A DNA stretch of 64,000 nt from an uncultured Opitutales bacterium. GTDB lineage: Bacteria; Verrucomicrobiota; Verrucomicrobiia; Opitutales; T3Sed10-336. The position numbers and the translations under genes are program-made. The stretch covers positions 754 to 64,753 of the forward strand of contig CAZYAN010000013.1 in NCBI GenBank assembly GCA_964645585.1, read 5' to 3'. Of the stretch, positions 54,253-63,846 are shown one piece after another (the first letter of the stretch is position 1; each line of letters opens with the position of its first letter). The notes under the pieces are model-generated. The model did not search any database. It saw only the letters and a program-made list of their open reading frames with translations, and was not told the DNA's origin.

Positions 54253-56574
54253 TTAGAAGCGCGTTCCAAAAGAAAAGCTAAAACGTCCGCCTTCATCATT
54301 GAATTCATCGGTGGTGATGGGAATGCCGTAATCGAGCCGCATCGGCGCGCCCATCACGAGAATACGCAGGCCAAAACCCCAGTTGTCGTTGTAATCGCTG
54401 AAGTCGAAGTCGGCCTTGTCGGAATTGACGAAGCCCCAGTCATAGAAGACGGCGAAGCGAACCGGATTGACGAGTTCGATCGAATATTCGGCGCTGGCAA
54501 AACCAAAGGAGTTTCCCCCGATCCGGTCAGAGCCTTCGCTGGGTCCGACGTCGCGATAATCGAACCCGCGCAAATCGTAGGGACCGCCGAGGAAGTAGCG
54601 GTCGAAGAACGGAACCTCGTCGGCGCCGCTGTGGGGAATGACCGTTCCCAGCCGTCCGACGATAGAGAAAACCTGGTTCAAGGTTTCGAAGGTGGGAAAA
54701 AATTGCGCCGCGCGGCCTTCAATGCGGAAGTAATCCGTCTCGCCCTGGAACGGCCCGCCGGCGACCTCGGTCAGCAATTCGACCCGGTTGCCGCGTGTCG
54801 CGGCAAGAATGCTGTCGCGTGTGTCACGGAGGAGGCTGAAGCCGACTTTCGACACGGACCGTTCGCCCTCGACGATCGGGGAGGGGGCATCGGGTTTCAC
54901 GTCGAAGATATCGACAATTTCGTAGCGGTAGGAAATCCGGCCTTCGACCAGTTCAATCAGGCGTTTCCGAAAATAGACTTCAAACCCCGTGCGCAACTCG
55001 TCGTAGGTCGAGGCGAGATATCGCGTTTCGGCCCGGAAAATCTGAAAGCCGAAGGCGAGTTCGCGCTGGAATAAATACGGTTCCTCAAACGCGAGCAGGA
55101 GTTCGTTCGAGCGGGTGCCGACCTGCACGCGCAACTGGAGTTTTTGGCCGCCGCCTTGAAACTTCGAGCGGTAGTTGAAGATATCGAAGTTCGATTCGCG
55201 ATATTCCGCGTACGCGATGGCCCGCTCGAGAGTACTGAAGCCGACGCCAAAGGTGACGCTGCCCGTTCGCCCTTCCTTAACAGTGATCCGCAGATCACGG
55301 CGCCCGGGGATTTCCGTCGGTGCCGGCGTCAGAGTCACCTCTTCGAAGAACCGGGTGTTTTGGAGGCGGCGCTGACTCGATTTCATGCGGACCGTGTTGA
55401 AGACATCGCCCGGGCCGAGCCCGAGCTCGCGAATGATCACGGTACTCTTGGTCTTGGTGTTGCCTTCAATCTCGATGGAACCGACATGATGCTGCGTGCC
55501 CTCGAGGATTTCGTAGGCGATATCGATGTTGCCGCTCTCCACGTTTGGCCGCCGGCTGCCGCGCACGCGGGTGTCGAGGTAGCCGTCTTTGCCGTAGTAG
55601 TCCCGCAAACGCTCGACGTCGGCGTCGAGTTGTGAAGGCACAAAAACATCTCCTGGTTTAAGCTCCAGTGCGGACCGCAGCTCTCCCTCCGTGTACAGTT
55701 CGTTGCCCTCGATCGTAATCTCGCCGACGGAATACTGACGCCCTTCTTCGATCGGAATCGTGAGGATCATCTTCGAGTCCGAAGGGTAGTCAAACGTCAC
55801 CTGGTCCGGGTCGATCGCCACATCGAGAAATCCCTCCTCGCGATAGTAATCACGCAACTTGTCGAGATCGTCCTCGAACACTTCGTCCTTGAACCGCCCG
55901 GAACCGGTCAGCCACGAAAAAATGTGCCAGCGCCGGGTTTCCATCGCCTTTCGCAGGCGGCGGTCAGAGATCGAGTCATTGCCCGTAAACTCTACCCGCT
56001 TGATTTTAACGCGCCGGCCCTCGTCGATGATGAAGGTAACAATTCCGGTGCCGGACGATCGGTCGCGCTCGATGTTGTAGGTGACTACGGCTTCCGAGAA
56101 GCCGCGGTTTTGGTAAAATTCGTGCAGCTTTTCCGCGTCAAGTCTGACGTTTCGTTCATCGAGCGCGTCGTTCTTGCGGATCGTGACTTCCCGGTTGAGG
56201 CGGCGGCGAGTCACCTCTTTCTCGCCTTTGAAGTAGACCCCCGCCACCCGGTATTTCGGACGCAGTTCAAAGATGAGGTCGACGGTGCCGTCGGATTGGA
56301 AGTCACGTTTGACCTCGATGTATTCAAACAGGCCCGTGCGGTAGAGTGAGCGGATGTCGCTGTCGATCAGGCTTTCGTCGTAGGCAGCGCCTTCGGCTGA
56401 TTGGATATTGGCCCGAACAAGCCCGGGCGCAACGTTCTCCAGTTCAATGAACCGGATCTCCAAGTCGCCGACGGTCCATTGCCGTCCTTCGGATACCGTC
56501 TGCGCAAGTGCCGCGGTTCCCGTGAAACCGATGACAGCCGCAATCTTGAGCAGAAGAAGTACCTGGCGAATCAT
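54253..56574 (-). CDS. bamA: outer membrane protein assembly factor BamA
   Basis: 773 aa. Signal peptide, POTRA repeats ('VGDLEIRF', 'IKRVEFTGN', 'VGEITIEGN', 'VGSIEIEGN') and a C-terminal Omp85 barrel ending '...RFSFSFGTRF'. Confidence 0.95.
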   Translation of the reverse strand: MIRQVLLLLKIAAVIGFTGTAALAQTVSEGRQWTVGDLEIRFIELENVAPGLVRANIQSAEGAAYDESLIDSDIRSLYRTGLFEYIEVKRDFQSDGTVDLIFELRPKYRVAGVYFKGEKEVTRRRLNREVTIRKNDALDERNVRLDAEKLHEFYQNRGFSEAVVTYNIERDRSSGTGIVTFIIDEGRRVKIKRVEFTGNDSISDRRLRKAMETRRWHIFSWLTGSGRFKDEVFEDDLDKLRDYYREEGFLDVAIDPDQVTFDYPSDSKMILTIPIEEGRQYSVGEITIEGNELYTEGELRSALELKPGDVFVPSQLDADVERLRDYYGKDGYLDTRVRGSRRPNVESGNIDIAYEILEGTQHHVGSIEIEGNTKTKSTVIIRELGLGPGDVFNTVRMKSSQRRLQNTRFFEEVTLTPAPTEIPGRRDLRITVKEGRTGSVTFGVGFSTLERAIAYAEYRESNFDIFNYRSKFQGGGQKLQLRVQVGTRSNELLLAFEEPYLFQRELAFGFQIFRAETRYLASTYDELRTGFEVYFRKRLIELVEGRISYRYEIVDIFDVKPDAPSPIVEGERSVSKVGFSLLRDTRDSILAATRGNRVELLTEVAGGPFQGETDYFRIEGRAAQFFPTFETLNQVFSIVGRLGTVIPHSGADEVPFFDRYFLGGPYDLRGFDYRDVGPSEGSDRIGGNSFGFASAEYSIELVNPVRFAVFYDWGFVNSDKADFDFSDYNDNWGFGLRILVMGAPMRLDYGIPITTDEFNDEGGRFSFSFGTRF

Positions 56575-56644
56575 TGTCGTGGAACAAAGGTGAGAGAAAA
56601 GAGAAATGGCGGGAGTGAAAACGGAAACCGGGAACGCTGTCCGC

Positions 56645-58081
56645 TCAATATTGGCCGTCCCGCTCCCCGGTGTAATTCTCGAAACGAGTGATCTCCCGGA
56701 TGAACGTCAGCGGGACAGTTCCTACGGGTCCGTTTCGCTGCTTGGCAATAATTAAATCGGCGCGGTCGGTCGCGACGGAAAACTCGTCGGTCGCGTCCTT
56801 CGGTCGCGCGAGCATCAAAACCACGTCGGCGTCCTGTTCGATGGAACCGGATTCGCGAAGATCGGAGAGGCGCGGCTGCCGCTTTTCCTTTTCCGATTCG
56901 CGGTTGAGCTGGCTGAGGACAATGACCGGCAGGTTGAGCTCTTTTGCCATCGCCTTGAGGCCGCGCGAGATTTCGGCGATCTGCTGTTCGCGCGGGACAC
57001 TGGAGTCGGTTCCGGAGAGGAGCTGGAGGTAATCGACGACGATCAACTTGAGCTGGTGCTTCGCGTGCAACCGGCGCGCTTTGGCTCGAACCTCGAGGAG
57101 ATTGAGACTGCCCGAATCGTCGATCCAGAGAGGGGCCTTGCTCAGCTCCTTCGCGGCCGCGCCGAGCCTCTGCCCCTCTTCGGCGGAGCTGATCCCGTCG
57201 CGGAGCCGGATCATGCTGACGCGCGCCCGGCCGCAGAGCATACGCATCGCGAGCTGGGCGCTGCTCATTTCGAGACTGAAAACGAGGGTAGGGGCCGGTT
57301 CGCCGTGTTTAGGCAGGCAAGCGGCTTCGGCGATGTTGAGCGCCAGACTTGTCTTTCCCATCGACGGCCGCGCCGCGAGGACGATCATTTCGGCCGGGTG
57401 GAGGCCGTAGGTCATCTTGTCGAGATCGATCAAGCCGGTCGAAAGGCCGCTCAGCTCGCCCTTGCGTTCGAGCAGCTTTTGGACGAGAAAGACCGCCTCG
57501 TCGATCGATTCCTTGATCGGCTGCGCGGTTTCCGTGCTCCGCTGCTCGCTGATCTGGAAAATCTCCTGCTCAACCTCCTCGAGGAACTGATCGAGTCCGC
57601 CCTGATATTCGTGACACTTTTCGATCGTGGCGGCCGAGGCTCGAATCAGGCGGCGAAGCAGGAACTTTTCGCGAACAATGTCGAGGAAGTGGTTCGCGTG
57701 CGCGGTGGTTTCGACCCGGTCGGTAAGCTTGTTGATGAACGCGAGACCGCCAATTTCCTCGAGGTGGCCGCGGTTCTTGAGCTCCTCCGCCAGCATGATC
57801 TCGTCGACCGCCATGTGGCGGTTGAACACAGCGCAGAGAGCCTCGAAGACGATCTGGTGCGCCGGCTGGTAAAACGATTCCGGCACCAGCCGGGCCGCCT
57901 GGCAGCGGTCGATGACGTCTTGGTCGAGAATGCAACAAGCGAGCAATCCCTCCTCAGCATCGAGATTGTGAGGAGATGTTCGGGAAAGAACGGCGCCCGC
58001 GCGCTGCAGCGCTGCGCCTTCCTGGGAGTGCGTTTGCCCGCGTCTAGGGCCCCGGGCGGGTGATCCGTTGGAGCGCGGCAT
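56645..58081 (-). CDS. dnaB: replicative DNA helicase DnaB
   Basis: 'PHNLDAEEGLLACCILD', Walker A 'ARPSMGKTSLALNIA', 'LIVVDYLQLL', 'VIVLSQLNRESE'. Confidence 0.97.
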   Translation of the reverse strand: MPRSNGSPARGPRRGQTHSQEGAALQRAGAVLSRTSPHNLDAEEGLLACCILDQDVIDRCQAARLVPESFYQPAHQIVFEALCAVFNRHMAVDEIMLAEELKNRGHLEEIGGLAFINKLTDRVETTAHANHFLDIVREKFLLRRLIRASAATIEKCHEYQGGLDQFLEEVEQEIFQISEQRSTETAQPIKESIDEAVFLVQKLLERKGELSGLSTGLIDLDKMTYGLHPAEMIVLAARPSMGKTSLALNIAEAACLPKHGEPAPTLVFSLEMSSAQLAMRMLCGRARVSMIRLRDGISSAEEGQRLGAAAKELSKAPLWIDDSGSLNLLEVRAKARRLHAKHQLKLIVVDYLQLLSGTDSSVPREQQIAEISRGLKAMAKELNLPVIVLSQLNRESEKEKRQPRLSDLRESGSIEQDADVVLMLARPKDATDEFSVATDRADLIIAKQRNGPVGTVPLTFIREITRFENYTGERDGQY

Positions 58082-58096
58082 GAACGCGGACTTTCC

Positions 58097-58606
58097 TTAC
58101 TTCTTGCTCTCGGTGTCTTCCGCCTCGCTTCCGTCTTCGCCCTCGACGATCGCGTTTTCGGAAACGATGTCGAATTCGAAGTCGATGGCGACTTCCGGAT
58201 GCAGTTTGATGCGGGTTGTGTGACGGCCGATTGTTTTGATCGGGTTGTAGAGTCCGATCCGCTTGCGCTCGACCTCGATACCGTTTTCCGCGAGGCGGCT
58301 CTGGAGGTCGGCCGACGTCACGGAGCCGAACATGCGGCCGCCTTCGCCGGTCTTGACGGCGATGGCGATGCGCGTTCCGGCGATCTTCTTGGCCAGTTCC
58401 TGCGCACCCTCGAGTTCATGCCGTTCGCGGATCTCGCGCGCCTTGCGGAGCGCCTCGATCTGCTTCCGGTTCGCCGAAGTGACGGGGACCGCCATCTTCC
58501 GCGGGAGCAGATAATTGCGCGCATAACCGGCGCGCACCTTCACCTGATCGCCTTCGCCGCCGAGATTTTCAACGGGCTTCGTCAGCAAAATTTCTGTCGT
58601 GGCCAT
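58097..58606 (-). CDS. rplI: 50S ribosomal protein L9
   Basis: 'EILLTKPVENLGGEGDQVKVRAGYARNYLLPRKMAV', with an acidic C-terminal tail. Confidence 0.95.
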   Translation of the reverse strand: MATTEILLTKPVENLGGEGDQVKVRAGYARNYLLPRKMAVPVTSANRKQIEALRKAREIRERHELEGAQELAKKIAGTRIAIAVKTGEGGRMFGSVTSADLQSRLAENGIEVERKRIGLYNPIKTIGRHTTRIKLHPEVAIDFEFDIVSENAIVEGEDGSEAEDTESKK

Positions 58607-58692
58607 AACTTTTGTGGATCGTTTAAAAAAAGGTTACTGGTTGTTTCGTGCGGTGTCAGCCGACCGGCATGCCGCGTTTCTGGTCTTTTTAT

Positions 58693-59181
58693 TTAAAAGG
58701 GGACATCTTCATCGACATCCTCGTCGATCGCCGGCGACGGGCCGGACGCGGTTCCCCGGGCGGGCGGAGCGTGCTGATCGGGCGCTGGGCTGGCGGCACC
58801 GCCGCTGTCGGAAGCGCGGCTGTCGTATCCGCTTTCAGACCCGCCTTCGCCGCGGCCGCCGATAAACTGGAATTGCTCGAGCACGACGCCGAGTTTGCTG
58901 CGCTTTTCCCCGGTGTTCGTTTCCCACTGATCAAGCTTCAGCCGACCCTCGACCATCAGCGCGCGGCCCTTTGTCATATATTTCGAAATCACTTCGGCCT
59001 GTTTGCCGAAGGCGTCGATATCGACGAAGGTCGTTTCCTCCCGTTTATTGCCCTCGCGGTCAGTGAAAACGCGATTCACGGCCAATCCGAACTTGCAAAT
59101 GGAATGCCCGCTGGGCGTCACCCGGAGTTCGGGCTCGCGCGTCAGGTTTCCCATCAGGATCACTTTGTTGTAATTGGCCAT
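58693..59181 (-). CDS. ssb: single-stranded DNA-binding protein
   Basis: 'MANYNKVILMGNLTREPELR', an OB fold, a Gly-rich linker and the acidic tip '...DEDVPF'. Confidence 0.96.
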   Translation of the reverse strand: MANYNKVILMGNLTREPELRVTPSGHSICKFGLAVNRVFTDREGNKREETTFVDIDAFGKQAEVISKYMTKGRALMVEGRLKLDQWETNTGEKRSKLGVVLEQFQFIGGRGEGGSESGYDSRASDSGGAASPAPDQHAPPARGTASGPSPAIDEDVDEDVPF

Positions 59182-59222
59182 GTCGATACGGTTTTATTTG
59201 GGGTAAGGAGGGAAGGGCGCGT

Positions 59223-59522
59223 TCAACCGACGCGCTGGACCAGGACGCGGTTGATCGCGTGATTCAGGCGAACACGTTCCTGCAAGGCGTTCGGGCGATA
59301 CGAGGGCGAACGGAAGTTGACCTGAACGAAAACGCCCGAGGCGAGGTTGCGGTCCGGTGTGCGCGCAAAGTCCTTGGTGCCGAGATTTTCGACTTCGAGG
59401 ATTTCGCCCTGTTCGGCTTCAATCTCCTTTTTCAATATCTCGATCACATCCTCGACCGATTCCTTCTTGTCCCGCATGTCGAGAACGAAGGTCGCTCTGT
59501 AGTTCTGGCTGGTTTGGTTCAT
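59223..59522 (-). CDS. rpsF: 30S ribosomal protein S6
   Basis: 'YRATFVLDMRDKKESVEDVIEILKKEI..GEILEVENLGTKDFA' parallels the S6 N-terminus. Position upstream of ssb. Confidence 0.9.
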   Translation of the reverse strand: MNQTSQNYRATFVLDMRDKKESVEDVIEILKKEIEAEQGEILEVENLGTKDFARTPDRNLASGVFVQVNFRSPSYRPNALQERVRLNHAINRVLVQRVG

Positions 59523-60117
59523 CTTGCTGGTTTTTCTTTTGGTTTATTCGATTCATGGCCGCGTTCGGCCCGCTGTCAATCAACAGGTGAAGCGCCTGCA
59601 AAAATTCAGGCTCGCGCCGGGTAAGTTCAGCCTCCTGGTCGGCGGTGAACCTTCCGAGAACGAAATCCTTGAGATCGATCCCGGGCGGATGGCGGGGGCC
59701 GATGCCGATCCGGAAGCGAATGAAGCCGGCGCCGACATGCCGGATCAGGCTCTCGATCCCGTTGTGTCCGCCGGCGCTTCCGCGCACCGAGATCTTGATG
59801 CGGCCGAGTTCGATATTGATCTCGTCGTAGACGACGATCAGCGACGTTTTCGGGTCGATCCGGAAATAACGGCAAATCGCCCCGGCGGCGCGCCCGCTCT
59901 CGTTGACGTACGTTTGCGGTTTGACCAGATAAATCCGGCGGCCGTTACGGACGAGGGAAGCTGTTTCGGCCTCAAATTCGCGCCGGGCGCTCCACGGGCA
60001 GTTGTGGACGCGCGCAAAGGCATCGATGAGGCGAAACCCGACATTGTGTCGCGTCCCGTCGTATTTTTGGCCGGGATTCCCGAGGCCGGCGATAACGAGC
60101 GGCGATGACGGTTCCAT
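59419..60117 (-). CDS. pth: peptidyl-tRNA hydrolase (with a C-terminal read-through of about 37 codons into rpsF)
   Basis: 'LVIAGLGNPGQKYDGTRHNVGF', 'KPQTYVNESG', 'VYDEINIELGRIK..GSAGGHNG'. The canonical fold ends near 'AAMNRINQKK' (about 59533). The ORF then continues out of frame across the rpsF start. Confidence 0.9.
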   Translation of the reverse strand: MEPSSPLVIAGLGNPGQKYDGTRHNVGFRLIDAFARVHNCPWSARREFEAETASLVRNGRRIYLVKPQTYVNESGRAAGAICRYFRIDPKTSLIVVYDEINIELGRIKISVRGSAGGHNGIESLIRHVGAGFIRFRIGIGPRHPPGIDLKDFVLGRFTADQEAELTRREPEFLQALHLLIDSGPNAAMNRINQKKNQQDEPNQPELQSDLRSRHAGQEGIGRGCDRDIEKGD

Positions 60118-60243
60118 CGATTACGCATTTCGGGCCGGCGGGACCCGCTTGACTGACTCAAAGAACGGGAACCGGCAGGCGCGATCGCCTCCGATTCGGG
60201 CCCGTGAAGGGAAGGAGCTTCGGGTGGCGTGAATGATCCTGCT

Positions 60244-60876
60244 TTACTCCGCCTTCTTCTCGGGTTCGGCTTCAGCCGGGGCTGCATCTTCCGTGGCGGC
60301 CTCGACGGCGGTATCGACCCGCTGCTCGATGCAGGAAACAATCACATGGTCCGGGTCCGCTGTGTAAGTCACGCCTTCGTAGATCGGCAGGTCTTTGACA
60401 TGCAAAGATTCGCCGACCTTCAGGTTGGATACATCAAGCTCGACAAGACCCGGCAAATTCTGGGGCAGACACCGGATGTCGACCGTGTAGGAGACGAAAT
60501 CGAGCGTGCCGTTCTGGTTCTTGACACCGTAGGCTTCGCCGACCAGCTGGATGTTGACATGCGTCAGCATCTCTTCCCGCGTGGAGACCTCCTGGAAATC
60601 GATGTGGAGAATCTGGTCGGTGACCGGATTCCGCTGCATCTCTTGCAGCAAGGAAAGAACCGGCTTTCCGCCGTCGCGCGAAAGCTGGACGAGCGCCGTT
60701 GTTCCGGCGGCTTCTTTCAACAGGCGGTCGATTTCCTTTTTTTCGACCGCGAGTGAGGCGGGTTCCGTGTGCTTGCCATACAGGACGGCGGGAATGCTGC
60801 CGCTCGCCCGCAGGCGACGGGCCGGACCGCGTCCGCTCTCATTTCGTGACTGCACATTCAGTTTTAACTGTTTCAT
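60244..60876 (-). CDS. rplY: 50S ribosomal protein L25 / general stress protein Ctc
   Basis: 'LKLNVQSRNESGRGPARRLRASGSIPAVLYGK', two-domain Ctc form, acidic tail. Confidence 0.93.
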   Translation of the reverse strand: MKQLKLNVQSRNESGRGPARRLRASGSIPAVLYGKHTEPASLAVEKKEIDRLLKEAAGTTALVQLSRDGGKPVLSLLQEMQRNPVTDQILHIDFQEVSTREEMLTHVNIQLVGEAYGVKNQNGTLDFVSYTVDIRCLPQNLPGLVELDVSNLKVGESLHVKDLPIYEGVTYTADPDHVIVSCIEQRVDTAVEAATEDAAPAEAEPEKKAE

Positions 60877-61137
60877 AGCGCTTCCAGCAAAGTCGTTAAC
60901 TCAATCGCCCGTGACCGGACGTTCGCCCAGCCTTTCATCGGAGAAAAAGGAAGAAACAGTAGAGCCGGGCCCCTCAAAATCAACCAAAAGTTTCTCGTTT
61001 TTCCGACTTGAGCAAGCTTGGCAGTCAAAACGATCCGTCTGCCGCCGAAAATGTTGATCGCATACTGCGTCAAAAGCGCCGCTTGGCATGCGTCCGGCCG
61101 GGGGCTGCTTTGCCGGCGGTAAAATCGGAAAGGTTCC

Positions 61138-61881
61138 TCAGTCCTCATGATCGCGAAGCGCACGGCGAAACAGGAGCCACCCGCAAAAAAGACTCGCGCC
61201 GGCGACGATCCAAAAAGAAGCGGGAGCAATCGTTGTCTCGAAACCGCTCGGGAGGTTCATGCCGAAAATCGAGGAGATCGCCGCGACCGGCAGGAAAAAC
61301 GCAGCGAGCAAATTCAGCCGGTAGCCGGCACGATTCAGTTTGGCCGCCTCCTCCGCCTGCTTCTCCGCTTTTTCCGCCAGGAGAAATTGCAATCGGATGA
61401 TTGCCTCTTGGTGAGTCAGCTCGAAGGTCCGCTCCGCTTCACCGGCTAGATCGCGCAGGTTGATGATCTCCGGATCGTCGATCGCTTCCCGGGCGGTTTG
61501 CAGAGCGCGATGCAGGTTCCGCGACGCCCGTGTCATCGGTGTCGCGATCTGCAGAATTTCGTGCAGCTCATCCGCTTCGGCCTGCACGTCGAGGCGATCT
61601 TCGAGCTTTTCGGCGGTTCGCGCGTAATCCTCCACGAGACGGTGGAGACTGAGGAGACCGTCGCTGCTGACGCTCGATTTCCAGGTGCCGCCGGGATCCC
61701 GCCAGTAAAAGATCCCGCGCCGCTTCGAACCTTTCATATCCGGCACGCGATGCACGATCAGCAATAGGTGCCCTTCGGCCGCCATCGACCGCTGCCTGCC
61801 GGTGCGGATCCCCAGCCGTTTTTTGATTTCAGGAGGCAGCTTCCATTCTTTTGGCAGATGGGGATTGGCGCTGGCGGTCAT
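61138..61881 (-). CDS. CorA-like divalent-cation transporter family protein (short form)
   Basis: C-terminal 'LNLLAAFFLPVAAISSIFGMNLPSG' (GMN signature) plus a second TM 'FWIVAGASLFCGWLLF'. At 247 aa it is shorter than canonical CorA. Confidence 0.75.
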   Translation of the reverse strand: MTASANPHLPKEWKLPPEIKKRLGIRTGRQRSMAAEGHLLLIVHRVPDMKGSKRRGIFYWRDPGGTWKSSVSSDGLLSLHRLVEDYARTAEKLEDRLDVQAEADELHEILQIATPMTRASRNLHRALQTAREAIDDPEIINLRDLAGEAERTFELTHQEAIIRLQFLLAEKAEKQAEEAAKLNRAGYRLNLLAAFFLPVAAISSIFGMNLPSGFETTIAPASFWIVAGASLFCGWLLFRRALRDHED

Positions 61882-62004
61882 GCGGGAGTTTTCATGCGAT
61901 CGTCCCCGAATAGCAATTTCGTTTTCAGGCTGTGGACGCCGGGCGCGGGGATTGGCGGAATTTCGCGCTTCATAAATCGGGTTTCATCGGTCATAACGTT
62001 TTTG

Positions 62005-62817
62005 ATGGACCGGATTGCTGATCAGTTTGCGCTCGCCCGGAAGGAGGGGCGCGCCTGTTTTGTCGCTTACATTTGCGCGGGGGATCCCGACTTCGACACT
62101 TCGGTTGAGGTATGTCGGACGCTGGTCGAGAGCGGGGTCGATATCATTGAGTTTGGGGTTCCGTTCTCGGATCCGCTGGCCGACGGGCTGACCAATCAGC
62201 TCGCCGCTCAACGCGCGCTCGCCAGCGGAATGACCGCCAGCCGGGTGTTTGATTTAGTCCGGGAAGTTCGCCGCTTCACCCAGGTGCCGATCGTTTTTTA
62301 CACCTATTACAATCTCGTCTTTGCTCATGGCGTCGAAAACTACGTCCGGCGAGCGCGCGAGGCGGGTGTGGACGGCATGCTGACGCTCGACCTGCCGCCG
62401 GAGGAGGCGGGAGAAGTGATCGAGGCGAGCCGGAAGCATGGAATGAAGAACATCTTCATTGTCGCGCCCACGACTCCGGAGTCCCGGTTGCGGACGATTG
62501 CGGGTGCCGCGAGCGGGTTCATCTACTATGTCTCGCGCGAAGGTGTTACGGGTGTTCGCGAGAATCTTGCGGAGAATATCGATTCTGCCGTTCGCGCGAT
62601 CAAATCCGTGACCGACCTTCCGGTTGTTGTCGGTTTTGGAATTTCAACGCGCGAACAGGTGCGGCAGGTCGCGTCCGCCTGCGACGCTGCAGTTGTCGGA
62701 AGCGCGCTGGTGAATTGTATCAAGGACAATCTCGGCGATCGAGAAGCGATTCTCCGGACGCTCCGGGAGCGGGCGGTCGACCTCGTCGCGGGTGTCCACC
62801 CGGCTCCGGCCACTTGA
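62005..62817 (+). CDS. trpA: tryptophan synthase alpha chain
   Basis: From ATG 62005: 'MDRIADQFALARKEGRACFVAYICAGDPD..VDIIEFGVPFSDPLADGLTNQ', 'GFIYYVSREGVTG', 'VGFGIS'. The track ORF start at 61768 overlaps the divergent gene and is rejected. Confidence 0.93.
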   Translation: MDRIADQFALARKEGRACFVAYICAGDPDFDTSVEVCRTLVESGVDIIEFGVPFSDPLADGLTNQLAAQRALASGMTASRVFDLVREVRRFTQVPIVFYTYYNLVFAHGVENYVRRAREAGVDGMLTLDLPPEEAGEVIEASRKHGMKNIFIVAPTTPESRLRTIAGAASGFIYYVSREGVTGVRENLAENIDSAVRAIKSVTDLPVVVGFGISTREQVRQVASACDAAVVGSALVNCIKDNLGDREAILRTLRERAVDLVAGVHPAPAT

Positions 62818-62845
62818 TCCGAAGCGCTTCGGTTCCGGTTCGACC

Positions 62846-63841
62846 ATGAAACCCACTGAAGGCGCCGTTCGAAATCAATCCAAAATCCGCGATCCAAAAT
62901 CCAGAATCCGAATACTTCCCCCGGGGGAACTCTTCATTCTGACCGGTCCGACCGCAGTCGGAAAAACCGAGCTCGCACTCGCGTGGGCAGAGCGGTTCGG
63001 CGCGGAGATTGTTTCGTGCGATGCTCTGCTTTTCTACCGCGGGATGGATATCGGGACGGCGAAGCCGACGGCGGAGCAGCGGGCGCGCGTGCCGCACCAC
63101 CTGATCGATGTCTCGGCGCCGGATGAGCCATGGAGCGTTGTCCGATACGCGAAGGAAGCGGCAAAAGTCGTCGAGGAAATCTGGCAGCGCGGCAGGCGCG
63201 TGCTTGTGACCGGTGGAAGCGGGTTCTATCTCAAGAGCTTTTTTGAGCCGGTTTCGGATGAAATCGAGATCCCGGATCACGTCCGTCGTCAGGTCGACGA
63301 GCTGAACGCGACCGGACTTGATTCGATGGTTGAGGAATTACTGCGCCTCGACCCGGCCGCGGGAGCGAGTATTGACCTGAAGAATCCGCGGCGGGTGAGG
63401 CGGGCGCTCGAGCGATGTTTGACCACGGGAAGAAGTATTCAAAATCTGGTGACAGACATGCGATCCCGTCCCTTTCCTTTCGCGCGCGCCCGACGCCATG
63501 TCTGTTTGCTGTCGCGGGACCGCGACGATCTGGCCGACCGGATTGCCCGGCGGGTCGATTCGATGCTTGCGGGCGGTCTGCTCGACGAAGTGCAGCGTCT
63601 TCGCGAGGCGGGCATCGAGAAGAACCCATCCGCCGCCGCCGCGATCGGTTACCGAGAAACCTTGCGTTTTCTCGTGGAAGGCGGCGATCGCGGGGATCTG
63701 CGGGAAGCGATCGTTCGCAATACACAGCGGCTTGTGAAAAAGCAGATGACCTGGTTTCGCCACCAGCTGCCGGTTTCGCGCTCGGTCAATCTCACAGGGC
63801 GCGACCGTATCGAACCATGGGAGTTTTTTTCCGGTTTGTAG
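62846..63841 (+). CDS. miaA: tRNA dimethylallyltransferase
   Basis: P-loop 'LTGPTAVGKTELAL', 'VSCDALLFYRGMDIGTAKPT', 'VPHHLIDV'. I prefer the ATG at 62846. Confidence 0.93.
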   Translation: MKPTEGAVRNQSKIRDPKSRIRILPPGELFILTGPTAVGKTELALAWAERFGAEIVSCDALLFYRGMDIGTAKPTAEQRARVPHHLIDVSAPDEPWSVVRYAKEAAKVVEEIWQRGRRVLVTGGSGFYLKSFFEPVSDEIEIPDHVRRQVDELNATGLDSMVEELLRLDPAAGASIDLKNPRRVRRALERCLTTGRSIQNLVTDMRSRPFPFARARRHVCLLSRDRDDLADRIARRVDSMLAGGLLDEVQRLREAGIEKNPSAAAAIGYRETLRFLVEGGDRGDLREAIVRNTQRLVKKQMTWFRHQLPVSRSVNLTGRDRIEPWEFFSGL

Positions 63842-63846
63842 CAACC

